Below the pieces are notes generated by a model. The model searched no databases, was not told where the DNA came from, and saw nothing but the letters and a program-made list of their open reading frames with translations. Positions 15,581 to 33,569 of a DNA stretch of 64,000 nucleotides are shown in pieces. The first letter of the stretch is position 1. The number at the start of each line of letters is the position of its first letter. A program made the position numbers and the translations under genes. Origin of the DNA: the human T2T-CHM13v2.0 reference genome, Homo sapiens; the NCBI RefSeq assembly GCF_009914755.1, contig NC_060927.1; one strand, given 5' to 3'.

Positions 15581-16791
15581 AGCTATAATTCTATTTTCCA
15601 TTTTCATGTCAACAGATGTGATTGGGAAGTTGTTATCTCCAGTACAACAACAACAACAACAACAAAAACCTTCTAGAAATTGTAATAACCAAGGCAAGTA
15701 GCCACATTTGTATGCCTTATTATTGGACCTGAATTCTATTATCTTCCATCTGTCTGCTCAGTCTCCTTGTAACTAGCTATTGTCCTTCCTTCTCCTACCC
15801 TAGCTTCCTAACACCAGAGCTAAAACCAAGAAAGCATAAAAAACCCCAAGGTGATCTAAAATCACATGCAAAAGGTGTAATAGAATCAATCATCAAGCAA
15901 ACCAAATAAAATCAGAATCCTTCAGAAAGAATCACCTATTCAAAATAGAATTCCATACCTTCTCACTTCCATCCACGACAAAGTTTCAAAATTTTTCTAA
16001 CTAGAAATAATGCCTTTCATTTCATATTTAGAGAGGACAGAAAACTGAAAATATCACTGCTACAGGTAACTTGTTGATTCAATTGTATTTGATTTGATAT
16101 TGATTTTATTTGATATTACATTTCCAGGAAGTTGGTTTTGTCACAACAGATCGTTTCAGAAAGGAAAAACTGCATTAGAGGGAAAGAAGACAGAAATAAG
16201 AGTTGAGGGAACAGTGCAGGTAAACTTCATGTGATTCCAAATTTTGCTTTGGCCCAGCTTTGGGTATATTTCAGATAGGTGGAACTCTTGAATCTACTCC
16301 ATTTATGCAAACCTCTAAGCTGCCCCCAGAATTGAATCTCCGGTGTTTCTTTAAATCAGACACAAGTCTCCAGGGCTGGACCGAGGGACACAGGCAAAGC
16401 CTATGCAAAAATGGAATTATAAATACTATATCTGTTCTTTAGAGAATGAAGTTGTATATTTTATAAAGTCATGTAGCTGTTAAAACTATTTTAAAGTGAG
16501 GAAACTGAGGTTCAGAAAAACCATGAGATATGTGCACTATCACTTAAGTCAAACACACAGAGCTAGGATTCAAATTGAGGTGTGTTCAACTCCTCAGGCC
16601 ATGCTCCTTTTTTATACCTCACCTAATCTTAAAAGTACTGTAAGCTTATTTATCTAATAGCTCCTTCAAGCCCCATTTCTTCACTCCTAAACATCCTACT
16701 CATCATTATACTGTTATAAACAGTTAGGAAACTTTCATTTAAGACACTTGATTCAAAGAAAAAATTGAAAAAAAGACAGTAGTTTACAGGG

Positions 16792-16952
16792 TTGTTTTTT
16801 TTTTTAATTTTTAGCAATGGGGTCTTACTATATTGCCCGGGCTGAAGTGCAGTGACGATTTACAGGCATGATCATAGTACATGGTAACCTTGAACTCCAG
16901 TCTCAGCCTCCTGAGTAGCTGGCACTACAGGCATGTGCCACTGTGCCAGGCT
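16792..16952 (-). mobile_element. Old Alu monomer (FRAM/AluJ right arm)
   Basis: Degenerate right-arm sequence with T tract. Confidence 0.75.
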
Positions 16953-17427
16953 GCTGGTTGAATTTAAATGGTACTTTCAAAAAGAACTATTTTCACTGGC
17001 ACTTTAAGTACATTTTACAATAAACATCATGGCCAACCATTAATATCTACTCTAGGCAAAATTATGAAGTATATTAACTTTGCCTTTCAAGACCTCAGTC
17101 GCATAAGTTCTATATTTCATCACATTAAGAAGGATCTAAAATTCATTTGCATTCAAGATTAAGTAATTCAAAGTAGATGAAGGAAGGGCTTTGCTTTCAC
17201 AGGATTTAAAGGTTTAAGGTGCTGACTTCTCAGGCCTTTCTATATGTTTATGGGTATCATAAACATGTTATACAGCATTCCCCAAAATTATTTGACCACA
17301 GAACACTTTTTTCTCTACATAGAATCTCAAAGAATGAGAAATGCTGGCTGACAGGCCATCAGCCAAGTTTTCCCTGCAACAGTTTTATTTTTCTCTAAAT
17401 GTCCCTAAGGAGTAAAAATTATAAATA

Positions 17428-19480
<2,053 letters not shown>

Positions 19481-21675
19481 TTCCCCCAAAAATCTGTAGC
19501 ACAGGCCTCAAAATGTGCTCAGTGGAATGGTTGCTTCCATGGACCATGGGTTATTGGTCCACAAAGCGCTAAGGAGCTTGCACCACTATAAAAATGTAAC
19601 AAGACTTTCTTGAAAAGAAAGTGTGCTGCTTATCCAAGCACAAGCTTATCTCATTCATAGTCTCCTGTGAGTAGCACTGATCTATCGCACTACACACACC
19701 AAATAGAATGGTTTTTAGCGTCTCTGGTGACTATGGCTACAGAGACTAAAGTGAGGAGGGAAAGCAATCTTGTAACAGTGGCTACTCCCAAATTTCCATG
19801 TTAGCAGGTAGAGCATGAGACCATGACTGAGAGAAGAGAGTTGTTAGCGAAGTGCCAAAGTTGGAAGCAGGGGTAGGGTATGGAAGATGAAGAATAGAAA
19901 CAGAAATATAAAGCCAATCCAGAGCTGGAAGTTGAACAAGAGAACCACAGCTAAGAAAATAGCAGTAACAATGTATTCAAATTTAGCTTCTTTAAGAAGC
20001 ATCTGGAGAAAAAAATGTGGGTGACAAGCTGCCACCCTCACTGCCCTGGTTGGGATATAGAAGGACTTGAGAGGAGGGTCAAGAATCTATACAACAAGCA
20101 GTACAGACAATTTCAATGCAAGTAGTCCTTGAACCCCACATTAAAACAGTGAACTAGAGGAAGAAGCAGAAAATAAATGCACACAGCAGGGATGGAATCA
20201 TTTTATAGAAGAGATTTTATGGGATTTTATGGAGCTGAATCCCTGGTAGTCACAGGAGGACTCTTAAAATTGAAGCTGAGTTCATTTTTGAAAAAAGAAA
20301 AAAATCTATGCTTAGCTATTTTGCAATATAAGATTTTGACTTACTCTTACTGTAATTACAAATCAGGACTTTAAGCAATGTCCTGTATTTTTTTTAAAGC
20401 AACAACATGAAGTCACACAATGTCCTATTTTTAGTAAAAAAAAAAAAAAGAAAAAGACGTTAGGATGTAAAAAACAAAATAAAAGCTATAGTTTAAATTT
20501 CTAGCTCTTCTTAGAGTTGTAGAGGTATATTTCATCAACAATGTATAACAATTAAAGTAATTTCAATTAGGCTAAATATCAGGTTAAAAAGAGCTATGAG
20601 TTAGGGTTCAAGTTTAAAGAGAGCTACAAACAGGGAGTCTAGGCCTTAAATAAACCAACCTACAAGTATTTATTGAACACCAACCACATAACCATCATTT
20701 TATAGGCACCATGGAAAGGAAGACAAATGTCCTTGGCTCCAAGGATATTATAAATATGGAGACAAGGCATTTAATAATAAATGAGAATCATTTATTCATT
20801 CAGCAAACATTTGCTGAGTATCTGCTAGGCTGAAGACTGGCAAATATCAATGAAAAATTATTTTGTACTTATTATCTATCCTTTATGCCTTTTTGCTTGT
20901 CTAGAATATTTTATAATGATTTTAAGTGCTAGTTAAATTGTTCCAGTTTAGTGTTGGCTAATAACAACTGCTAATAATATTGATTTCAGGTTTGAGAGAA
21001 TCTAGCACTCAAGACAGTTAGAATTAACACTAATTGAAAATTATGCCTTTAATTGATCCTAAAGTTAAAAAAAAAAATCTGGTAATGGCTTTTGCTTTTA
21101 ATTACCTGTACTTACTTTTCCTTTCAAACTGCCTTTAAACTCTTCATATCATTTATTCTGGGATTTAACTAAAATACTGCCTGATGTTATTATTTCCTAA
21201 GACTTTACACATGTATATCTCAGTCTTTGAACACAGCCAAGAGAAGGGATCCTATCTTATGCCCTTTTATATTCCCATCATACAGCACCACTTCCTAAAG
21301 ATTAATAATGATCCATTCAAATATGAATGAATCTTGTTATAAGTACAACATAATTGGACAGGTGCTAGACTACAGGATTGCCACATTATTTCAGTCTTTT
21401 ACTCAACAGAGTTATGTTTCTAAGAATGCGGGTGATGCCCTATTCGAAAGAAAAATAAACTGTGAAATAATGGCATTACACTGTTTTAATGAGAAAGATG
21501 ATAATAGATTTTCCTGACAAAAAATGATTAGATTTATGGATGAGAAAAGTTCATATACTAGTTCAGAAGAAAAGCACTTAAATATGTTGATCAGCCAAGC
21601 TCCCTGTGCAATATAAAGCTGTGTAAATGTTAATCCCAAAGTAAAATCTTTACCTAGTAGAAATTTAAAATTTAG

Positions 21676-22110
21676 TCTCACACCTGTAGCCCGTCCCGCC
21701 CCAGCCGCCGCCGCCAGCACCGGACCCGGAGCCGCCATGCCCAAGTGCCCCAAGTGCGACAAGGAAGTTTACTTCGCCGAGAGGGTGACCTCTCTGGGCA
21801 AGGACTTGCCTCGGCCCTGCCTGAAGTGCGAGAATGTGGGAAGACGCTGACCTCCGAGGGCCACGCTGAGCACGAAAGCAAGCCCTACTGCAACCACTTG
21901 CTATGCCGCCATGTTTGGGCAAAAAGGCTCTGGCCGGGGTGAAGCCGACAGCCACACTTTCAAGTAAATCGGGTGGTGGAGACCTCATCCTTGGCCGCTC
22001 GCTGGGCCACTGTCCAGGCAAATGCCAGGCCTCGCCCCCAGATGCCCAGGGCTCCTTTGTGGCCCCTAGTGCCCTCAATAAACATGAACACTTGGGGGAA
22101 AAAAAAAAAG
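21676..22110 (+). pseudogene. CRIP1P2: CRIP1 (LIM-domain cysteine-rich protein 1) processed pseudogene, probably the annotated CRIP1P2
   Basis: Intronless. Kozak ATG at 21737 gives [23 protein letters not shown]..., frameshifts at ~21833 and ~21897, original stop ...HTFK-TAA at 21965-21967, AATAAA 22077-22082, A tail. 16-bp TSD gaaatttaaaat(t/c)tag at 21660-21675 and 22111-22126. The P2 suffix is from recall. Confidence 0.93.
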
Positions 22111-22587
22111 GAAATTTAAAATCTAGAGGGAAGATAACAGGAACAAAAGACATTTAATTAAAAAGAAAGAAGATAAGAATTTTAATGCACCCAGTTTAAA
22201 TTTTTTGTGTTTAGGAAGACTATAAAGTGAATGTAGGTTGTATTTTTACTATCATGTTATTTATATGCCATTATTAGGTAGCTGAATTTCTGTTTCAGCC
22301 ATTACAAACTGCATCAGTTGCTTTTAACCTGTCTTGCCAAGCATATCTGACAACTCCTACCTACCTTCAGTTCTCTAAGTTCTTTACTTTTGTCCCATCA
22401 GACGCCTACTTCAATCTTCAAGCCCTTCTCCATCCTCTTCAAATCAACAGCTTCTAGCTTTATCTACTCTTTTTAACTTCCTTAACTTCCTGTTTCCACT
22501 TCCATCTATTGACTTGACCCCTGACTCTCTATCAGCTCCATTCTGCCCCAGGCCTCCTGGGTGGTGCTGGAGAAAATGGCAAAAATC

Positions 22588-22752
22588 ACCTGCTACTCAA
22601 AGATCAACAACATCAGCAACACCTGGGAGCTTGTAGGAACTGTAGAATTTCAGTCCTGCCCCAGGTCCACTGAATCAGAATCTGCATTTTAACAAGATCG
22701 CCAGATGATTCAAATGCACATTAAAACTGACAAACATTAACAGAAAACACTG
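22588..22752. mobile_element. MER5A MITE
   Basis: tgctactcaaag...cacctgggagcttgt...actgaatcagaatctgcattttaacaagatc. Confidence 0.8.
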
Positions 22753-23954
22753 CTATAAAAATCATGGTCTCCAGTGGCAACTGAGTGGCAATTGACCTTA
22801 GTGCCTCTGAACACCCTAGGCAGGTCTCCCTGAGCAGCATGCTATTCCATTCCCCTGGGCTGCCATTTCCAACCTGACCCTCTCCTTGGAAGTTAATCCA
22901 TTGCTTTACCCCTATCATTGGCAAATCACATTACCTTTTCCTTTGCTGTAAAAAAGAAAGAAAAGAAGGAAAGGGAAGGGGAGGGGAGGGGAGGGCTTAG
23001 GCAGAAAGTTCTCCCTTTGCTATCCTCACTTGCTTACCTCTGTGTCCACTCCTTTTCCCTTCTCTTCAACAGTGGGAGAAGTACCTTTGCCACAGATTGT
23101 GGTCAGTTTTTCATCTATATCCTTAAATCCATCTCCCTCCACCTCCCAGTTTTCACTCCATCCACAGAAAAATTTAATCTGCCATTTTCATTTAAAGCTG
23201 TTTCTGCTACTGCCTCAACTAACTTCAACCTCTCATATCCAGCTTCTACCCTCACCATCTCATCTCTGATTCAAGTGTCACCTCTGCAGCTTGGCATCTC
23301 CCTTCACCATTCCGGGGACACTACTCTAAGGAACCAATCTCACTCTGCACCATTTGACACTGTTTGTCATTCTCTCATTTGGATCCTCTCTGTAGTTTGC
23401 TTTAAGAATAACTCTCCCCTCTGGTTTTGTTTTTCAATTTCTTGCTGCTCTTCTGTCTCCGTCATGAATCTATTTCCTCTACATGTACCTCAAGGTTCTT
23501 GTTCCCAGGAATGCATCTTTGGCTCTTCCCATTTCTCATTCCTTACTGCATGATCTCATCCATTCTCATGCCACATGCTGATGATTCCCAATCTATAGCC
23601 CAGACATCTCTGATAAACCTGTTACTAAACTTCTTGTGTGTTGCTCCACTTAGATGTAACTGAGACAACTCTCATTCAGCATGTCCCAAACTGATTTCAT
23701 TGTTCACTTAATACCTGTTTATTGAGCACCTACCATGAGCCAATGCTAGGTAATGGGGATGCAGTAATAATTAAGCATACCCCTCTCCTAGCTTCTGTTG
23801 TTTACATGGAGGAAAGGCATATAGACAATAAACAAATAGATATCAGGTGGTGATGAGGGTATGTGAAAAATAAAGGTAAGTAAGGGAGAGAGAAGGTGCT
23901 GGGGTCAGTGTTATTTTATTGGTGATGGTCAAGAAAGGCCCCTTTAGGTTGGGG

Positions 23955-24257
23955 GTGGGGGCGGTGGCTCACACCTGTATTCCCAGCACCTGGGGAGGCT
24001 GAGGTGGGCAGATGGCTTGAGCTCAGGAGTTTGAGACCAGCCTGGGCAACGTAGGGAGACCCCAGTCTCTACAAAAAATACAAAAGTTAGCCAAGCGTGC
24101 CTGTGGTCCCAGCTACTCAGGAGGCTGAGGTGGGAGGATGGCTTGAGCCAGGGAGGAGGAGATTGCAGGGAGCCAAGATTGCATAACTGCACACCAGCTT
24201 AGAAAACAAAGCCAGATTCTTTCCCCCTCGCAAAAAAAGGAAGAAATAAAGAAAAAG
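23955..24257 (+). mobile_element. AluJ
   Basis: cttgagctcaggagtttgagaccagcctgggcaac; gtgggaggatggcttgagcc. Confidence 0.88.
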
Positions 24258-24383
24258 AAAGATCTCTTCTTTGATAAGCTGGCCTGTGAGTAGGAGCTGA
24301 AGAAAGGGAGGAAATGAGCCATGGTGGGGAGAGAATTCCAGGATGAGGGAATAGCAAGTGCGAAAGCCCTGAGGCAGGATGAA

Positions 24384-24562
24384 GCAGCAGTGTGTTGGGG
24401 CATCCCAGAAACAATAAGGCTGGAGCAATTGGAGTGAAAGACACAGTGATAGGAGGTGAGTCCTGGGAGGCAGCAGGGTGTTGGGGCGTCCCAGAAACAA
24501 TAAGGCTGGAGCAATCGGAGTGAAAGACACAGTGATAGGAGGTGAGTCCTGGGAGGCAGCAG
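24384..24562 (+). repeat. 86-bp tandem duplication
   Basis: gcagcag recurs at 24384, 24470 and 24556; the two copies differ at ~3 positions. Confidence 0.92.
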
Positions 24563-24946
24563 GGGCCAGGTAGGTGGGAAAGGGTTTAGTGGGCTCTGAG
24601 AAGGACTTTGCTTTCACAGTTAGTGGAATGGGAGCCACTGGAGTTTTGAGCAGGAAAATGACATGTTCTAACTTGAGTCCTATCCACCAAACTTCACCTC
24701 CTTAGCCTTCTCCTCCCTATACTCTCCATCTCAGTGAAAGGCCCTTCCATCATCTGACCCTTATAATTCTCATTCTCTTTCTTAAGGTTCAGAGAACCTC
24801 AATACGATATTCCAGTTTTAAATATACCATTATTCTGAGTAAGGGGTCCTGGTTGCTAATTGCTTACAGTCTATAATGTTGTAACCATAGCTTTTAAATT
24901 AATTTTCCACAGCAAACAAGTAATAAAAGTACTTCAAATTTAAGGA

Positions 24947-25223
<277 letters not shown>

Positions 25224-27908
25224 ATCTTTTTTTTAAGAATATGTAAGAATTATCTCATCACCTGCACATTCTGCACATGCCTCCAAGAACTTTAAAAAAG
25301 TCTGCCTTTTGCCATTATCAGGGGGAAAAATATTATCTCAGAATCAAAGTAACAAAGGTGTTAAAGTAAGATAGTTGGTCTTTCTGTATTATGAAAACAC
25401 ATTTATCACAAAGTAATGAATTTCTGGATGTTCTGTTATATCAGGAAACTTTGATATGAAGTATAAAAGTTATTATGCAGAACAGGAAACTGAAGCTGGG
25501 AAAGTAAGGTGACAAGTTCAGATCACACAGCTCATAGGAGCGTAAACTGTCTCCTGGCTTGTTGCTCTTTTCACTTTAATACAGAAAAGCCAAACTTCAA
25601 CAGGTGCACTTTTATTTTTTAACAACCTTTGTTGAAGAAGTAAAAACCAAATCATCATTTAGTGCTTTTTATTTGAGATAATGGCAAGACATGTCAATTG
25701 CAGAGGCAGGAGTAAGGCATGCTCAGAAGCCCTTGGAATTGAGCTCAGAAGTCCCTAAGTCTAAGCAATCTTGGTACTCAGAGCCAAGTCACACCATGGA
25801 ACCTGCCCCACAAGTTGAAGCCTTCTCAAACAGCTCAGCCCTTCAGGCAAGGTTTAATCATATCTAATTCTGTAGCTCTATTCTAACTGAAGCATTTGAT
25901 TTTTACCTATTCAATATGCTATTTATTTCATATTGACCCCAAATGAAATCATTTGTCTTTTTGTGGTGCCCTTTTCAAAAGGTATGCATTTAGAATAATG
26001 CTTTAAATACAAATTATTCACCTGGTAGAGGGCAGAGAAGGGGGGCATGTACATAAGCTTAGAAGGAGTGTACAAATGCCAGGGAGACTGGTTATTCAGG
26101 AAATTTAAAAGATATTCCAGTGGATATAAAGAAAACAGCACACACAGCCATTATTTAGTTAAACAACTCTCCTTATCTCAGGTGTGTATCTGGCATCACT
26201 GATGCCTAATAAATTAACGAACATGTCCCATCCTGAAACCCTGAACTTCTGCACACAATGACTTAGATCATAAAGTAACCAATGAAAGCATGAGACAATG
26301 CCAACCCGAAACTTTCAATGCACTTGGCTCTATTTAGATTTGGATGAGAGGAAGAGGCAAAGGCCTCCATGTTCTTGACTTTTGATTTCCTGGGTTTTTT
26401 GTTCCCTCCAAAGTTCCTAGGGTCTTCACTATAGAGGAAGATACAGATTTGAGGGAGAAGTAGGTGAGTTCTGTCTGGGATATCTAAGTGAATATCTTCA
26501 TTAAATGAGAAAAGATGTCCCTAGAACTCAGGACATAAGCCTGGACTGCAGATAAAAGTTAGCGACATGCCAGCAAAGGTCTACTAGGTTATCCCATGGA
26601 GGTAGATGGCCCAGGAAGAGTGTGCAAAGTGGAAAGAGGCTGTAGGGCAGGACAGTCTCCTTGACTGCATGGTTTTCACCAGCCTGGCAAATAGCAGGTA
26701 GTGCAGGGGAGAATGGGCCAGTTGAGGAATAGGGATTGGTAGAGTGAGTGAGGCAGAAGCTGAAATCATTCAACCCAGAGTCTAGACTGAGAAGGAAAGA
26801 AAACAATGCCATGAGCAAGTTGAGAGACTTGGAGAAAAGGAAGAAGTCAAGAGATTGGTTGTGGCTACTACACTTACTAGCTGTGTAATCTTGAGTCTGT
26901 CACTTAACATCTCTCTTAAAAGTTACACATTCCATGTGTAACTATGCCAGGGTTCTAGCCTCTGCTCTCTGGCATGACAAATAAGCTATCTGATAGATAC
27001 ATTAAAAGTATTCCTCAAAACACAGTTTCTTCATCCAAACAAGTAACTCTCTCCAAGGGTGAGAGGCCATTTGAAAAGAGTGAGAGGAGGAAGGAAGGGA
27101 GAAGGTATTCCAGAATATTAATAATCTCTCTATCTCTTCCTTGACAAAATAGGTTATATGCAACCAAGTCCAACTTTGATGGACTCATGTATAACCATCA
27201 AGGTACATGGTTCCATTTACAGCACAAGGTTTGCACAAAACCTAGGAGTTGCAGAATATACATTTCTGGCAGCAGCAATAAGCAGAGAGGCCCCCTACTC
27301 CCATAAACTCCACATTCTTTTTCCAGCTGCATGCCAGACCAACAATAACCAAACTATTACTACTCCCTCAGGAAAAGCAGGAATGTGAAAATAGAACAGA
27401 ACTGAAATCTATTAAGATTCATATCCATAGGAGTTTTTTATGAGGCTAACAAAAGACATTAGAAAAACTAAGACCAACTGTAATGCAACCCCCAATCTTT
27501 AAATTGCTCAGAGGTTGAAAATTGCTTAGAGAAAAAGCCTTCCTTTTTCTCCACAACCTCGCCAGCATCTGTTGAGTTAATTAGAATTTCCTTTTGGGGG
27601 AAGAGAACACAGTTTAACAAAAACTATTTGCTGTTTGGATTTTGGAAGAGAAACCCAGTAATCTATTAATATTATGCTTTGGAGAAAAGTAATAAAACCC
27701 ATTCATGATCTGAATCCTTAAGATTTCAAAACCTCTTTTTATTTAATCAGGGGCTCTGTGCTTAAAATGCTGTGAATACTGCAAACAGAGAGAAAAGGTA
27801 AAGCTGCACTTCCTGCTCTTAAAAACTAAAACATCTATCCTAGACATGTTGTCTATATGTTGTTTCAACCTCATGGTAGGGCTCTACAAAACCGGAATGG
27901 AAAGTTGT

Positions 27909-29927
<2,019 letters not shown>

Positions 29928-29961
29928 TGCAAAGTATTTTTCTTATCTTTAAAAACATTGA

Positions 29962-30234
29962 TTATAATCCCAGCACTTTGAGAGGCTGAGGCGGGCCTAT
30001 CATTTGAGCCCAGGAGTTTGAGATCAGCCTGGGCAACATGGTGAAACCCCGTCGCTACAAAAAAATACAAAAATTAACCAGTCATGGTGATGCATGCTTG
30101 TAGTCCTAGCTACTCGGGAGGCTAAGTTGGGAGGATGGTTTGGGCCCAAGAGGTGGAGGTTGCTGTGAGCTGAGATCGCGCCACTGCACTCCAGCCTGGG
30201 CAATAGAGCCACACTTTGTCTCAAACAAACAAAC
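29962..30234 (+). mobile_element. AluJ, 5'-truncated
   Basis: TSD aaacattga. Confidence 0.9.
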
Positions 30235-30970
30235 ATTGAAAAAACTATTATGAGAGAATGATCATCACAGAATGTCGCTGAATTGTAGAAAATAAGATGC
30301 CTTAACTTTTGGTGCTTTGAGAGGTACTAGGTTGGCAGTTTAGGTATCAGTGGTGAACTATTATTAATACATATTTAACAACCAAAATACCCAAATGTGA
30401 GTGATGTAGATTTTCTGGAGGAATTCCAGTCCACTCTGCCTTGATGTAACAGAAAATCTCTCTGGTTCTGGGACCTTCGAAGGTATGTGTGCACACTTGG
30501 GGGAAGAGGGAACCTGTGGCCCCTGCCCAAGAGGCTTCTTGTTGAATGACAGACAACTAATGCCTTATTGGCATTGCCCAGGAATTGGCAAGCCCAGGGA
30601 GAAAGTTCTGTTCTGGATTGCACAGCTCACCATTCTTTACTTGGCCCAAGCAGAGAGGAAAGTTAAAATCCTTAGAGAGGAAGACCTAGATTGTGTTAGG
30701 TGTTGGCAGGAGGAAGTAGTAGAAGATATATTTATTTTCATTTCCCCAGGATTGGCATGCACTCAGCAAGTGTTTCCATAAATTACATAAACTAATTTTA
30801 GTTCCCATTTTGCTGTTAACTTATTTTATGACTTCAAGCAAGTGATTTTTGCTTAAGCCTCAGTGTCTCTAACTTTACAGTTGGTACAACCCCTGAGATA
30901 ACACCTATGAACAAATTTATAAACTCTAAAGCTCTATGCACATGAAAGGATGAAAAATAAGTTGTCTCTG

Positions 30971-31278
30971 TTTTTTTGTTTGTTTGTTTTGTTTTGAGAC
31001 AGGGTTTCACTCTGCTGCCTAGAGTGGAGTGCGGTGGCGCAATCTCAACTCTGCAACTTCTGCCTCCTTGGCTCAAGCAATCCTCCCACCTCAGCCTCCG
31101 GAGTAGCTGGGACTACAGGCACACAGCCACCATGTCCAGCTAATTTTTGTATTTTTTTGGTAGAGACAGGGTTTCAACATGTTGCCCAGGCTCGACTCAA
31201 ACTTCTGAGCTCAAGCAATCCACCCACCTTTGCCTCCCAAAGTCCTGGGATTACAGGCATGAGCCACTGCACTCAACC
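30971..31278 (-). mobile_element. AluJ
   Basis: TSD gttgtctctgtttt. Confidence 0.92.
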
Positions 31279-31957
31279 AGTTGTCTCTGTTTTGCTTCTT
31301 CTCAAATACCGACAGATATTAAACATTGTCAAAAACACAGTGCTAATATTTTCTACGACTTTCTTCCAATCGAAAAGCTTCTATAGCTTGTGAAAACACA
31401 TATTCTTGCTCATAGGCTAAAGCTAATTTCATTATAAAATTTTAAAAATTTGGCCTTAAGTGTCTTTGTTTTTTTCAGAGTTGAACGTTATAAAAATTTT
31501 TCTTCACCTTAGTTTTAATTAAGATTGATTTTCTCGGCTGCTCCGCAAAAACTCATTTAACACATAGTGTAGTCACCTACATTTCTGCTGTTAATTCTTA
31601 GTTCTGACAACTATAGCTGTATCTACTACTTATAGTCTATTACTGTTATAAATTGAATACTTACAACGTCCACAGCACTGTGCTTTGGGTTTTATATATA
31701 TTCTCTTTAATCTTCATAACAACTCAGTAAGGAAGATATTCTTTTTCTACACATGCAAAAAGAGACTCAGAAAGGTAAAGCGACTCAACCCAGCTAAGAA
31801 ATAATAGAGCCAGGATTCAGCCAACTCTGGCGTACTTCAGTGTCCTTGGTCTTTCTGTTATGTCAGCTAACTGACCTCAAACATATTTATGGAACATAGC
31901 CCACTGGTAAATTAGAGTCTATATATACGAATGTCAGAACTACCAATTCATTTTTAA

Positions 31958-32047
31958 GAAGAAAAGGAAGAGGAGGGATGGGGGAGGAGGAGGAGGAAGA
32001 GGAGAATGAACAGAAGGGGGAATAATGAGGAAGATGAGGAGGAGGAA
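31958..32047 (+). repeat. GA-rich low-complexity tract ((GAG)n-like)
   Basis: gaggaggaggaggaagaggag... Confidence 0.8.
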
Positions 32048-33084
32048 AACCACTGTAATATGTAACTTTTCCAAAAATCTTTACTGAATGTGCCTCAGAT
32101 TACCACACTTAATGCCCTTCATTGTTTGGTACAATCAAATGAACAGTCTACAATCATTCTTCTGACATTTTCTAATTCAAGTAACAGCCTTGATAGTACT
32201 AAAATAAACCAGGAAAAAGCTTCTACAGTGCTCCTTGTGTAAAAATAATCCTTAAAAGATTTTAAAGATAATTCCCACCATCAAGCATATAAAAGAGGTC
32301 CCTGCATCTTTCACCTATTAAATCATCTATCTCTACTGATGCCACTTCAGCAGGGAATAGCTCGTTTAGTAACTATTTTTGGGTCTTTGCAGATTCTGCT
32401 ACAGGTGTCTTGTACTTAAGAATGAGTAACTTCTCCTAGTATTACCACACTGGCTGGAGGCAAAGCTCTTAAGAAACATGAAGTAGAACTTGGCTTGAAG
32501 CCCTTTGAACATATAATTACTCTCTAAATTTCCAATCTACACAATAGCATTTTACAGTAGCAGCATCATTCCAGCACAGTGAGAGAAACGTTAAACTTAG
32601 CTTATTGGTAAAAATAGTCTACATAGCTTAAAAAATTATGCACATTTTAAATAAGTTTGAAACGTAAGCTAACTTCCCACATTTCTTTCCAGTCTTTGGA
32701 ATATGGGCAATTTGACACTCAGCCTACAATTAGAAAATATAGAGTGTGCAATCAGAAAAGCTAAAAAAGCTTCTAACTATGAATCAAAAGAAATATGTAT
32801 ATTACACTCAATTATTCAGAAGTTAATTATCCAGAATCATCCAATATTAGCCAGAAACATTCAGATTTTCTTCATTTCCCTCATTTTCAGTCACTGATCA
32901 GCAAGCTGTGCACATCTCCAGGAGTACTTATAAAAATTAAGTTAAGAGACAAGGAGACTCTCTTATCAGCTAATATTTAGGGACCTAAAACCTAGGTAAA
33001 GAAATAACAGCAATGGTTATCAACTGGGGTAATTGAGAGGATGTGATACATCAGAGCACCCTAGGAACTGTCTCTACCAATTCA

Positions 33085-33562
33085 TTTTTTTTTAAAATTA
33101 TACTTTAAGTTTTAGGGTACATGTGCACAATCTGCAGGTTAGTTACATATGTATACATATGACATGCTGGTGCACTGCACCCTCTAACATGTCATCTAGC
33201 ATTAGGTATATCTCCCAATGCTATCCCTCCCACCTCCCCCCACTCCACAACAGTCCCCAGAGTGTGATGTTCCCCCTCCTGTGTCCATGTGTTCCCATTA
33301 TTCAATTCCCACCTATGAGTGAGAATATGTGGTGTTTGTTCTTTTGTTCTTGCGATAGTTTACTGAGAATGATGATTTCCAATTTCATCCATGTCCCTAC
33401 AAAGGACATGAACTCATCATTTTTTATGGCTGCATAGTATTCCATGGTGTATATGTGCCACATTTGCTTAATCCAGTCTATCATTGTTGGACATTTGGGT
33501 TGGTTCCAAGTCTTTGCTATTGTGAACAGTGCTACAATAAACATACGTGTGCATGTGTCTTT
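33085..33562 (-). mobile_element. L1PA2/3-type 3' end (host element terminus)
   Basis: ORF2 C-terminus ([19 protein letters not shown]...) and 3'UTR ending ...aaaacttaaagtataat (A allele). T-tract and TSD aattcattt at 33079-33087. Confidence 0.92.
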
Positions 33563-33569
33563 TTTTTTT

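Larger units (their letters stand above)
23700..24670 (-). mobile_element. L2 fragment interrupted by AluJ
   Basis: tttattgagcacctaccatg, aagtgcgaaagccctgaggcagga, aaggactttgcttt...gggagccactggagttttgagcagg. Confidence 0.7.

Noticed and set aside
21412-22153. Antisense ORFs (116 and 162 aa) over the CRIP1 retrocopy
   Set aside because: By-product of GC-rich pseudogene sequence; no supporting promoter or splice structure.
22918-23553. 211-aa Ser/Leu/Phe-rich ORF
   Set aside because: Non-ATG start, pyrimidine-rich and partly L2-like sequence, no recognisable homology.
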